A DNA stretch of 63,626 nucleotides, filler included, from Nemertoderma westbladi (lineage: Eukaryota; Animalia; Xenacoelomorpha), in the NCBI GenBank assembly GCA_032718475.1. It is 4 parts of 4 records of this genome, joined end to end, with 100 filler letters (N's around TTAATTAATTAA, not from the genome) between each part and the next. Parts side by side here need not be neighbours in the genome. Positions count along the whole stretch, not along the records: positions 42,692 to 56,609 come from JAUCBJ010003684.1; positions 56,710 to 63,626 come from JAUCBJ010001947.1; 2 more parts are not named here. One strand, 5' to 3'. Position 1 is the first letter of the stretch. The number at the start of each line of letters is the position of its first letter. The notes under the pieces are model-generated. The model saw only the letters and a program-made list of their open reading frames with translations. It was not told the DNA's origin and did not search any database. This document shows, one piece after another, positions 50,745-62,262 of this stretch. A program made the position numbers and the translations under genes.

Positions 50745-50950
50745 TATCTTCCCCTTATGTATTTGAAGGTCTTCACCTGACTTCCGCATCCATGATCCCA
50801 TGTATCAGAAGTCATCCACGTGCTCAAGAAAGCCCACCCTGGAGCTCATGCTCTGCTCATACGATCAGAAAATTTCCTGAGGGCTGTCAAAGTTAACTGT
50901 CGTAATTTTGGTTTTCTTGGAGTTTACAAAAAGACCAATACTAGAAGCAG
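50745..50950 (-). mobile_element. Older RTE relative, upstream piece
   Basis: Diverged match to ~48380-48575; colinear with 47439-47832 once the insertion is removed. Confidence 0.85.
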
Positions 50951-53900
50951 TCTGCTACAACACTTTTTAGATCTTTTCGTGGAATATTAATCTTCGAATA
51001 TCGTTGAGCTACAGAGCTAAACAATATAATCAAATTAAATCGTATCAGGGATCCCGTTGGGGAGAAACTATTACTTGGAAATTGAAGAATAATAATTACT
51101 TGTCAACAAAGATATATGGAGTCCATGATGGCCAAGTGCTGAAGATACCAAATCTATGTATGAAACTTATACCGGGTTCATTGTTTAACAAGTCCACCCT
51201 GCATTTCTGCCTCACCTGGGCGCGAGGTTAGGCCCTACCTATCTACTTTATTTTATCTCTTTCGGTCGTATGCTCACGCTGCATAGGCCTTGGAGATGTG
51301 GATAATCTCTCGAAAGTCATGGAGGATAGGGAGTTTTTTAACAAGTAGCCGGTATAGCATTCTTAATATGTATGCTATAACGCACCCGCAATGCAGTGCA
51401 GCATGACAGCAAAAGAAAACCAAATATTAATAATCGATGCTAGTGGTCTATCCATTTTGTGGGGCGAGCCACATGTACATCGTTGGAACATACATTATGT
51501 TAGTTAATACTTCGTGAAGTAGTAAACATGAGGATACCACAACCGTTATTCACACGGTTGGTATTAACCAACAAAGTATTATAGCAGCCAACACTATAAT
51601 AGCAATTGACGACATCTACTTACAGACAATTAGTGCCCCTTGTGATTGGAGTAGGTTGTTTATTCACACGCACACTCAGCAAAGATCGTTATTTATATAT
51701 GCAATATGCACAGATGGCTGATATTGATTTTAAAGTTACATAAATAATTCAACATGATATCTACTTCACTGTGTATAATTGGAATTCCACGGTAGCATAA
51801 TTACTAAAAATACACAATCTTTATTACAGTATTATTACACCTATATTATTATCAATTAATCTTGATAATCATGTTGAAACGATGGTAAAGAAATTTGAGA
51901 TCACCACAAGGGTGGGCAGTATAGTTAGGTAGTTAGTAAGGTAGGTAGTATAGTTAGGTCACCCAAGGGTGGGCAGTATAGTTAGGTTTCTACCGTAACT
52001 CTTTTGTCCTTGATAAAGAGACCAATTTGTTGTTCTCAAAGTTATATTTATTTAGAAATTAGATGATATCCAATTTCTTTAACACGTACCTAAACTTGGT
52101 GTGTTGTTGTAATAATAATTTGTTACGTTACATAAATGTAACAAAATTACGTACATTATTGTATGAAAAGGGAACTATTCAGGGTTAAGGAATCTTGTAA
52201 ACCTCACTCGTGGTTCTATGTAAACCATAACATCAATTTTATAATTTATTTTATTACAAATTGTTAGCATTACTAAAATTAAAGGTAATTTCAAGTGGTT
52301 ATTTCAGAAGTGGCGATTCTAACAGCTGAACAAAATCCAACTTACTTCAATTAGTATGTTTATAGGGCTAATATGTTGTAGAAAATAGGTGAAACTATAA
52401 TAGAAAACTATTTATCAAAACTTTAACAGACCTGATCTGATCTGATCTGTGACTACAGATCAGGCGAACTAGGGTATAAATAGTTGAGGTTTTTAGCAAT
52501 ATTGAAAAAAGTTTAGTTTGAAGCCTCAGTTTTACTCGGTTTTCAATATGACAATTACAAATTGAAAAATGTATACTGTAAGGTCCAGTATGTTTTATGC
52601 CTTCAAGCTCTTGTTTATATCATAGTGCAGTACCCGTAAACTACCGGTAGCTAAAATTATATTCGTATACTTTTGAATAAATTAACAGAATTAATAAACT
52701 TTTCAACCAATACAACAACTTTTTGCCTAATGCTTCAGCAAATTAACCTAATATAATAACCGAGGCCGTCAGTGATTAATCAGTTTAATTCGCTTCAGCT
52801 CTGGTTATTATTTCCGTATATTAACTCTAGAACATTGCAATATTGTATGCATATATGCTTTATATATGCATTATTTTCCTTGAATAATATAGAAAAACTA
52901 TGCTATGCTATAAAACTATGTAATAGATATTGAAAAACTAACGCAGTAATTTAAAGGTTTATGAAAAAATTTGTGATTTGTCGGTATTTTTCATTCTAAG
53001 AGTTACTATTCGAGAATTCCCTAGCCGTTGGGAATAATATCGCAATGCGTTGCATTGCGATAAGTTATAAATCCCCCCAGTTATGTGTTCTAGCACAATA
53101 ATTATTTGATTTATTTCAGTTATATTTGAGTCTGTATGAGATACATACAGCTGTCCAAAGTTGCGAATTTCCCATTCGTTGCTGGTAAATAATTATGAAA
53201 CAGACCCGTCAGTATTAAACAGCGAGTTGTTTATTATAGTTCATGAGAGGAGAACATCACATTACACAACTGAAAGTGCAATAAATAGCCAAGTAATGTC
53301 GACTTTAAAGCTCAAGGCGGGTGACTTTTCAAATCAAATTTGAAATTTCTCCACGTTTATGGGACAAACTCAGTACATCGTGTTACTATGACACTTCAAT
53401 TACTTTGAGATACTTACAGTTAGATTAGATAGATTTACTTGTTGATAAACCAACAACCCCACATGAAAGTAATTGAGACAAGCAGTAAATATATCATTTA
53501 TAACTAAATTTATAACTAAATATATGGAGCATTACATCCGACACGTACTGATACTATGCAAATGACTGCATATAATCATGATAGGTGTCATATAATGATG
53601 AATATCTATACTGTAGCTAATAATAATTATATTTTATTACTTGGTTAAAAAGTATAACTTTTGGTTTGGTACTAAAATGCTCTACGTTTTCCCCATATTG
53701 GCACTTTCCTTGTTGCTTGATTAATTAATTCTTTAAAAGTTTGAACGAAATAGTGTTACAACATATGTTGCTTCCATAGTTACTGCTATTGTAATTATTG
53801 CACTCTTCAACTAATAATGCTGATCACTCAATGTTAAATAATTTAGTGTTCTCGAATATTTATTTCGTAACTAGAGAGCCGCTTAACTACATAAACCAAC

Positions 53901-54259
53901 CATGTTGAAGTACAGCTTGTAGACACTAAAGTTGCAATAAGTGTGAATGGATTTTGTTCAAATAACTCGCAAACCTTTTCTACGTCGATGCTCTTTCAAC
54001 ACTCATGTAATAAAATTTAATAAATTCCACAAAACATAAAGTTTTATTTATGTATATCCTTTGCAATGGTTTTAAGTTGCTATTCCGTAATAAAACTGCA
54101 TTGTAATTGTAGCATATGTATGTAGCACAGGTTTTTATATATTACTTGTATGATTGTTGGGTATTATATTTTGAACCAATAGTGGTTTCAATTCGTTTTA
54201 TGTTATTGTTAGTTTCAGAAAATAAACTTTGTAGTCTCAAATTATTATTATATTTGGAA

Positions 54260-54844
54260 ATGAGTAACTCAAATCCCATAGAAAAACCCGTGTCGTCTGC
54301 TTGGTGTCGTATCTGTCGCAGCAATGAATCGGACCCAGACAGCCAGGAGGTCTCTCTAGTAAGTCCGTGTCTGTGTCGGGGCAGTCTGCAGTACGTACAC
54401 CAGCGCTGTATACAGCAATGGATTCAAAGTTCCTCTGCGAATAAATGCGAAGTTTGCAAAGAACCCTTCAAAATGAATTGCAAAGTGAAACCGATTTATA
54501 ATTGGTCCATATTTAGTGAAGCTAAAGGCCAGCTGTGGAGAGCTGTTTACGAGTTTCTGATCTTTCTATTGGCTGTCTGCTGTCTAGCGGTGTCTACAGA
54601 GGCCCTCGTTGCTTACAGTTACGACTATGACCTCCGCTCGTGTTCCTACTTGCGTTTCGTAGCTATATTGGGAGTCTGTTCCGGCCTCATTCTCTTTTAC
54701 ATTCAGTGTCACATTCATTGGGAGACCTTTCGCCGTATCGTCGCTATAAACAGATGCTCGGTCGTTCTCGATTACGTTCCGCCCGCATCCGATGTCGATG
54801 ATAGCGCCACTGTTGATGAACCTCCCAAAGCTGCACTCGTTTAA
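54260..54844 (+). CDS. MARCH-family RING-CH (RINGv) membrane E3 ubiquitin ligase, ~194 aa
   Basis: C4HC3 ring CRIC..SPCLCRGSLQYVHQRCIQQW..CEVC followed by two hydrophobic segments; ATG at 54260 (MSNSNP) preferred because the upstream ORF extension is AT-rich; AATAAA at ~55095. Confidence 0.88.
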   Translation: MSNSNPIEKPVSSAWCRICRSNESDPDSQEVSLVSPCLCRGSLQYVHQRCIQQWIQSSSANKCEVCKEPFKMNCKVKPIYNWSIFSEAKGQLWRAVYEFLIFLLAVCCLAVSTEALVAYSYDYDLRSCSYLRFVAILGVCSGLILFYIQCHIHWETFRRIVAINRCSVVLDYVPPASDVDDSATVDEPPKAALV

Positions 54845-56462
54845 ATGCTGGTGCGCTGTATAATAGGGTCTTTGGTGCCGGAGCCATAACATGAGTCATA
54901 CCCCGAGTGAACCATACCACAAACATTCGGAACCAGAACCCTAATTATTACTTATACATTTAACACAATTTTAAATTTAGTTTATCAAGGGTTATTTTTT
55001 TTATTTTTTTATATCATATGCAATAATTACTATATATTATATTATTTCAACTAATACTACTAGCACTAATACTACTAATACTTTTATTATATTTAATAAA
55101 TACGCCATATTCTGGAACATTTCGTTTATCCCATACGAAGCTGGGCAACAATGCAGTACCTCTTTAATCATAGTATTAAGTAGCCATTCATACATAAACA
55201 AAAGGTTCTAGAATCTGATTTATTTCAGGGCCTGGAAATGAAACTCTCTGTTTCAAATTTCATGCAATTTAATTTAGATTTGTAGAAAAATTCAAGAGGG
55301 GGGGGGGGGGGGGGGGGGGGGCGGCAGGTACCTGAATAACGACACTATATTCTGGGCAATAGGGTTGGTGACTCAAAAAAAAAATTATATAAACACGTTC
55401 ATAAAATGTAAAAAGGAGTGCTGATCACGAATCTGAAAACCGTTTTTAAATTCATCGAGTTCCGGCTGAGATTGAGGGGTTTATACACCAGCGCGGGAAA
55501 ATCTTAGTTTAAACGCTCTGATTTACTGTTCCACTTTGTCGCTATAGGCAACGCTAACAACATTCACTAGCTAACAGCATACAGTTTACTATTGTTTGAT
55601 GTGGGGTAATTTTAGTTATAAAGATAAGATAATTTAAGATAAAAGATAATTTTGACACAACAATGTAATGTTCATTGTTTAAGATTATTTTTATTCGTTT
55701 GTAGCGGCACTGTAGTGGTTGTCTTACCTGGTATTATCGGTCTACTGTATTCACGAATATTATTAGGGCTACATAAAAATGTTTTGGACCTTATTCTTTC
55801 TTTAATAATGGTAATAAACCATTTCCACAGTTTTTTTAAACCTGAAATTTCACATCGGATTTGAACGCATTTATGATAATCACAGTGTATTCCGATTATT
55901 CAAGTTAAATTAGTTCGGTAACAGTTTATACTTTCGATAATTCAAGCAGTTTACGGTACAGCAGTATTGGTTACAAAAATGCCGGTGTTTCTGGCTTAGA
56001 CAGCAATAACAACAAAAGTAACAACTCTCTCTCTCTCTCCAGTCAGAGCGAACACTCTCCATGATTTCCAGGAAAGCTACACGTCGACAGGAAAAATCGC
56101 CCTGATTGGCCCAAGCCAAACAAAGAACCACGCTGCCAATGGCTGTTTCCATGTCAGCAACCAGCTGCTAGATGTCGTAATATGAATCATCACGGCTAAG
56201 CTGTGAAAGGTGGTTTGTGCATTACAAGTTTTTGTCTTACCATGTCCGCTAAAACACGTATATAGCAGAATGATTTTTATGTCCGTTAAAACACCTGTAA
56301 AGGTACCTTGCGGGCGAGGGGAATATATCTACAGTTAGAAAACCTTTTAGAGTATTCCAGCGCCTGTGGGGAAACTGGATTGCGAAGCAAAAGGGGCCAG
56401 TTATATCCCACAGAAGCTTTTACAAGTTCTGCTGTTAGTATAGAGGTCGCGGTTGTTTATCA

Positions 56463-56609
56463 CTAACCCTAACCCTAACCCTAACCCTAACCCTAACCCT
56501 AACCCTAACCCTAACCCTAACCCTAACCCTAACCCTAACCCTAACCCTAACCCTAACCCTAACCCTAACCCTAACCCTAACCCTAACCCTAACCCTAACC
56601 CTAACCCTA
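56463..56609. repeat. Telomere-type (CCCTAA)n array, ~24 copies, running into a gap
   Basis: Perfect TTAGGG-type hexamer, C-rich on the + strand. Confidence 0.97.
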
Positions 56610-56709
56610 NNNNNNNNNNNNNNNNNNNNNNNNNNNNNNNNNNNNNNNNNNNNTTAATTAATTAANNNNNNNNNNNNNNNNNNNNNNNNNNNNNNNNNNN
56701 NNNNNNNNN
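56610..56709. other. Assembly gap (N run with TTAATTAATTAA linker)
   Basis: 100-nt block. Confidence 0.99.
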
Positions 56710-56789
56710 CTACGACATCTCTATTTTTCGAGCCCAGAGGCTATGGACGGAGTAGCCGATCATGCCAGGGACCTTAGAATCGCGGTATC

Positions 56790-56880
56790 TAGATGCTGTG
56801 AAAATTTCATCAAAATCGTTAGAGTAGTTTTGGCTGTAGATCAGCCAGTCAGTCAGCCAGCCAGTCAGTCAACAATTCTT
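56790..56880 (+). mobile_element. Possible 3' part of a non-autonomous Helitron/Helentron-like element
   Basis: AAAATTTCATCAAAATCG followed by a CAGT/CAGC microsatellite, a layout seen in Lep1/DINE-1-like elements; weak evidence. Confidence 0.35.
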
Positions 56881-57265
56881 ACAGTAATCAAGTCTAACGA
56901 CTTGCTAATAAATAATAAACAATAACAAACTGATATACTGACAGACTGACACACAGCAGCAGTGACAGAATACGCCTCTGGCAGTCTGGCATCTGGCCTA
57001 CTACTACACATTAGGATTGGGTAAACTACTTATTGTTGATAGAACCAACTGACGTACGGTATGTCGTAACGATGAACGACCGAACACCGAAGGACTGCCG
57101 AAGGATGCTGTTAATGATGCGGAACCTATACTTAGGCCTACTACATTGCCTGTTTCGGTGTTTAGGAAATATCTTGCAACTTGCCCAGCCCATGTTCATG
57201 TTCACACAAAGCCTAGGCTTTCTGCAGAAAGCCTAATTCCACAGAAAACCGCTAACATATATATA

Positions 57266-60200
57266 CTACAGTACTACTAGGATCGGCATGCTGCATTGCA
57301 GCTGCATTTTTAAGAATGCTGTGCCGGCTTGTCAACAAAATTGCACCACCACAACTCCCTATCACCCATGGACCAATGACATTTGCTAGATCATCCGCAT
57401 CTTCAAGGCCTGTGTCCTTTAAGATGCGTCTCAAGAAAGTCATGGGCTGTCCACCATGCATATTCACTCCATGAGGCTGCCAAAGTACAAGATTATGCAC
57501 TGGCTGGTCCTCACGGCGAAAGCAATGTCCTGCAAAGTGGAGGCGATTTTGTTCTAGTGTCAAGCTTGGGGGAACCAATGAGACACCTCCAATGTTATAT
57601 AGTGTCTGGTTGGAGATGTGTGCATTGTACTTGACACAATGAACCCGGTGTAGCATTCTTGTGAATGTGCCATCCAGAGATTTGGTGTCCTCAGCAGTTA
57701 GAGCCCAGCATGGACTCCCGTAGAGGAGTACTGGAACTACTGCTGCTCTAAATAATCGGACCTTAAGTTTCCGATTAATTCTCGGTGACTTCCAAATCCT
57801 GGAAAGCCTATTCAAGGCTGCCCATGCCTTTCCCTTACGTATTCGAAGGTCCTCACCTGACTTCCGGATCCATGATCCCAGGTAACAGAAGTCGTCCACA
57901 TGCTCAAGCATACCATCCTTTGAGCTTATGCTCATCCGATCAGAGACTTGCTGAGGACTTTCAAAGTTAACTGTCAAAATTTTGGTCTTTCTGGAGTTAA
58001 TAAAAAGACCAACACTAGAAGCAGCATGTTCTAATGAGCTGAGGAGCCGTTGGGCTCCCTCTAATGATTCTGAAAGTACTCCTAAGTCATCAGCAAAGTC
58101 TAGATCAGTTAGGTACTTGGCAGGATTTCCTCGACTTCTGCAGCCAGTAGGTGGAGTTATCATCACCCCATCATCATTATGATGATCTAAGGACATGCGT
58201 AGAACATAGTCAACCACAATAATGAACAAGAATGGTGCAAGTGTGTCTCCTTGGAGGACGCCCCATAACACTTCAAATGGTTCTGTGTCACCGTCAACAG
58301 TAGACACAAATGTTGTCAAACCATCGTATACTGATCTGATTGCTGCAATAATTTCATCAGAAATCCCATATAATGAAAGTATGCTGAACATACGTGAGCG
58401 AGAGACTGAATCAAAGGCCTTGAAGAAGTCAACAAAGATAACAGCCAGATGCCTGTCTTTCTTATTTGATAATTCTTCAATTATCCTTCTAAGTGCCAAA
58501 ATGGGCTCCATGGTCCCACGACCTTTACGGAACCCATTCTGATTTCCACTGAGCAGTCTCTCAATGGGATCCCTGATGCGATTTAACAGAATCCTATTGT
58601 ATAGCTTTGCAGCAATCGAGATCAATGAGATTCCCCGAAAAGAACCATAGAGTGTTAGGTTGCCCTTCTTGGGAACTGGCACCAACTTATTTGTTTTCAT
58701 TTCTTGTGGAACTCTTGTTGTTCGGTACATGTCTACTATGATGGGATAGATGAGCTTTAAACACTCAGGTATTTTAAAGACCTCAGGGGAACACCATCTA
58801 CTCCACTGGCACGATTGGTCTTAATGCTCTTTGCAGCAGCCTTCACTTCTGCAAAGGAGATATCGCCAATGGGAATATCTGGGAGTACAGACTCAGACAC
58901 TTTTACTTCTATAAAGTTATCAGGCAATACCCTGTCATTATTGAGGAGCTTTTTAAAGTGGGCTTTCCAACCATTGAGGCGATCGGCTGGTGATTCAGCC
59001 TTAACCTTGGTGGTTGGTTGGCTTTTCCGCCCAGTAAGCAAATTGATCGATTTCCATACCTGGGATGATTGCCTGCTGTCGTCAGCATCATTGATGGCAT
59101 TAACCTCTTGGTTTATTAGCTCCTGTAGATTAACAGAGTACTGCCTGTTCAGGGACCTAGATGCAGCCTTAACTGCATTCTTGGCCGCTGTAGTCTGTTT
59201 GAGTCGGGACTCTATCTGCGCCTTATGAAGGTCATTTCGGCACTTCTGAATTTTGTTGTCAGTCCAGGGGGCCCTTTTCCTGTTTCGAGGGTATACAGGA
59301 ACTGTTTCTGCAGCTGCTAACTTAACAGCTTCTGTAAAGGCAGTATAGTCCTCACAGTGATCTGCCGCCTCAGAGGCAAGAGCCTCATACCTGTTGCTCA
59401 GCTGTAATGTGAAGCTGGATCTCACACTTGGCTGTTGCAACAGAGAGGACCAGTCATGCCGCGGCAAGGCAGATTTCGTTGTTCTGCTAGCACGCAGACT
59501 AAGTCTTACCTTGGCCACAATAAAGCGGTGATCACTGGAGAAGGGTCGAAGTGTAAATGCATTACAGTCTTGTATAGAGCTCCTGTATTTCCTACGAAAC
59601 AGAATATGGTCTATCTGGGACTTGTGACCACTGGGTCCACTATGAGTCCATAGCTTTCCAGTTCTCTTCTAGAACTGGGTTCCAGCCGAAAACAATCCAT
59701 TTCCAGAGATAAAATCCTGAAGATGGACAGAATTTCGGTTAACACTATTGCTATAGACCCAGGGCGATGTAGGTGATTGATGCAGACTTGCATTAAAGTC
59801 TCCCAGGAATGTTAAGAATGCATGCTGATCCACTCCATCAGTAGCTGCTTGTAGATTGTAGTAGAAATTTTCCACCTCCTCTACAGGGGCAACACTAGTT
59901 GGAGAGTAGCACACAATCAGAACCACCTTAGGAAACTTCTTAGCCAGTCTTCCAGAACATGAGAAGTGGCAACGGATGATGCGGTTAGAGATTTGGTCTA
60001 TTTTGTCCAATGCTGCATGTGCAGTTGAATTCATCAATAGACCAATTCCACCATTGCCACTATCATCTGCTGACGCGAGGGCGAGTCGCCAACCGCCCCC
60101 CATGTCCTTAATCAGATCCTCATCAGTCTGTCCAGTCTGCATTCGGTGCTCTTGAACACCCACTGCACTAAGAGAAAGCTTATCTGCCAAGGCAGTCAGC

Positions 60201-61027
60201 TCACCTTGTCGCATTGGGGACCCGAGTGTTAGGGTGTTTACTGAGGCTAGTCTAGTGACTTGCCTCAGATTCACCAATGGCTTTGTTGGTCGGGGTGGAA
60301 CATGAGAGTAGCCTCCAACTCCAGAATCCCTCTCCCCATCACAATCTGGCCTCCCTGGTGACCCAGGGTTTGGGCCAGAAAGGTCATCAGGAAAGGGACT
60401 CAAAGAATTGTTGGCTGCTCTCTCTCCAGTAGGGGGTGAGACAGGCAGCCGGTCAGGAGTTAACTGACGCCTGTGAGGCCGATTGTGTCCGGTAATTCCA
60501 CTGGCCTCTAGTGGCCGGACCTCCGCATTGCTAATGTAATCCATAGTGGGGGTTGGGGGGTACTTTTTTGCCGAGTCAGCTCTCGGGGCAAATACCACAC
60601 CCTGGTTTGCCATTCCACAGGGTGGGTGTCGCAATGGAGTCAGATATGAGGCCCATCACCCATATCTACTCTGGCGCACATGACCCACCATTGGCTGTTG
60701 CAGCTCATCTGCTGGGTCATGCCCTGTACCCTTGCTGCCAGGTGCAGGTCGCAGTAAAGTGCTCTCAGAGTGGACACGAGAACACTCTACTCCTGACCAG
60801 CCATTGGTAGATCACCATCTGCCTGGTCAGGCCATATACCCCTGCAGCCAAGTATATGGGTCCTTAATCCAGGACCAAGGGCGTCCTTATCCCAGAACGA
60901 AGGGGGTCCTAGTTACAGGACCAGACTTGCCCTAGTAAGAGGGTCTATGCAGCTACAGGTGGCACCTCCTTTATGCTGCATGGAGGTGGCAAGTTTTCTT
61001 GATCAATGACCTAGAATACCTGACATG
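57266..61027 (-). mobile_element. Full-length RTE-clade LINE (~3.76 kb), single APE-RT ORF now disrupted
   Basis: 11-bp TSD ACATATATATA (57255-57265, 61028-61038); TAG-type tail; ORF pieces 59669-60634, 58757-59518 and 57252-58730; nonsense codon at 59669 and a 1-nt deletion near 58786 relative to sister copies. Confidence 0.96.
60637..60994 (-). ncRNA. Putative structured RNA 5' leader of the RTE element (pseudoknot domain + duplicated hairpin module)
   Basis: Chain of at least 8 hairpins read by eye; compensatory changes between the two module copies; function not shown. Confidence 0.55.
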
Positions 61028-61096
61028 ACATATATATAATTCAGTACGGACATTCTGGACGCAATAAAATTCATCTCTCTCCATTCATCTCTCACG

Positions 61097-61257
61097 CAAA
61101 TAACAGTTGATTATTCTCAAAAATAAAACTGTAACCTGTTATTGTGCTTAGTTTATTGTTTTGGTTAAAATAACGTGCCACTGTAACCTGCTCCTTTCCC
61201 TAAATTGAGAATTTAACATTGAGGCAGGATATTAATTCGCCAAGGCGGGTTTTGCGT
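61097..61257 (-). repeat. Dispersed repeat segment, inverted copy of 12752-12928
   Basis: Direct sequence match by eye. Confidence 0.85.
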
Positions 61258-61334
61258 CCAGTCCCCCCCCCCCCCCCCCCTGCCTCGGCAGAGCAGAGGG
61301 TTAGCAGTTAGCTTAAACTGATATAAACAATGTT

Positions 61335-61450
61335 AACATTTCATTCCAGGGTATTGTACCCAAGCCATGGAATAACTTGCCGAACAATGTCGTCACCTCA
61401 GAACACTGTGAACGCCTTCAAGTCAAAGTCATCACTCAATAATTACTATA
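61335..61450 (+). mobile_element. Short CR1-type LINE 3' remnant
   Basis: Broken reading WNNLPNNVVTS..VNAFKSK. Confidence 0.55.
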
Positions 61451-61869
61451 AAGACCTATAAAACCGCAAACACAAAATACATTTTAGTGGGTTTTAAAAA
61501 TTGGTTTAATTTAATTAAAAACATTAAGTGCAGGTTACAGTGGCGGTGTTTTCTAACCAAAACGATAAACTACAGTATACATTTATTTCACTTGCGGTCA
61601 ATTTGTGCTGAGGATCACTATTTTCACTTGTGGTCAATGTGCGCCACTATCTGCATTGCTCATACTATTCATACATAACCTAATTTATTAATTATTGCAT
61701 CATTTTTGTAACATTTTTGTAACTCTCCTCGCAGTAACATTATTTTATAAATTTTAATATTTTTACATATTTTATTTTGTTTTACCAGATCGTCATAGTC
61801 CAGTACACAGTTGCATTATTGGCTGCATCGACATTTGGAAGAACTTCAATTTCATTTAGATTGAATAAT

Positions 61870-62262
61870 AGAAAAAGAACTACAACCTATCATCCCCAAT
61901 GCAATGGCGCTGTAGAGAGATTTCATCAAACTCTGAAAAATTCACTACGAAGTCATGCGACCACATCTTCCTGGGTTGATACATTACCGATGGTATTACT
62001 TGGATTACGCAATAGTATTGCTCCTGATGGATATACTGCAACACAAATGGTATATGGTGGTACAATAGAGCTATCCCAACAATTTTTTGCGCCACCAGAA
62101 ACAAATGAACAAAAGAGTCTTCCTGACTATATGAATAATTTATTTAAAACTATCGATTCCTATAGAGCTCCAGAGAGACAATTCAATAAAAAAACATATA
62201 TCCCAAAATCACTTGAAACTTCAAATAACATTTGGATTAGAAATGAACGCGTTAAACTCTGA
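61870..62262 (+). pseudogene. Ty3/gypsy integrase fragment (C-terminal half of the catalytic core)
   Basis: TTTYHPQCNGAVERFHQTLK..WVDTLPMVLLGLR..TATQMVYG; no RT or LTRs nearby. Confidence 0.9.

Noticed and set aside
53038-53062. 11-bp perfect hairpin TATCGCAATGC-GTT-GCATTGCGATA
   Set aside because: Isolated, with no supporting element boundaries or second copy
54116-54259. Hydrophobic N-terminal extension of the MARCH ORF as a signal/TM segment
   Set aside because: AT-rich, intron/UTR-like sequence containing a plausible splice acceptor; MARCH RING domains are normally cytosolic with no preceding signal peptide
56453-56665. (NP)n ORF
   Set aside because: Translation of the telomeric hexamer running into a gap
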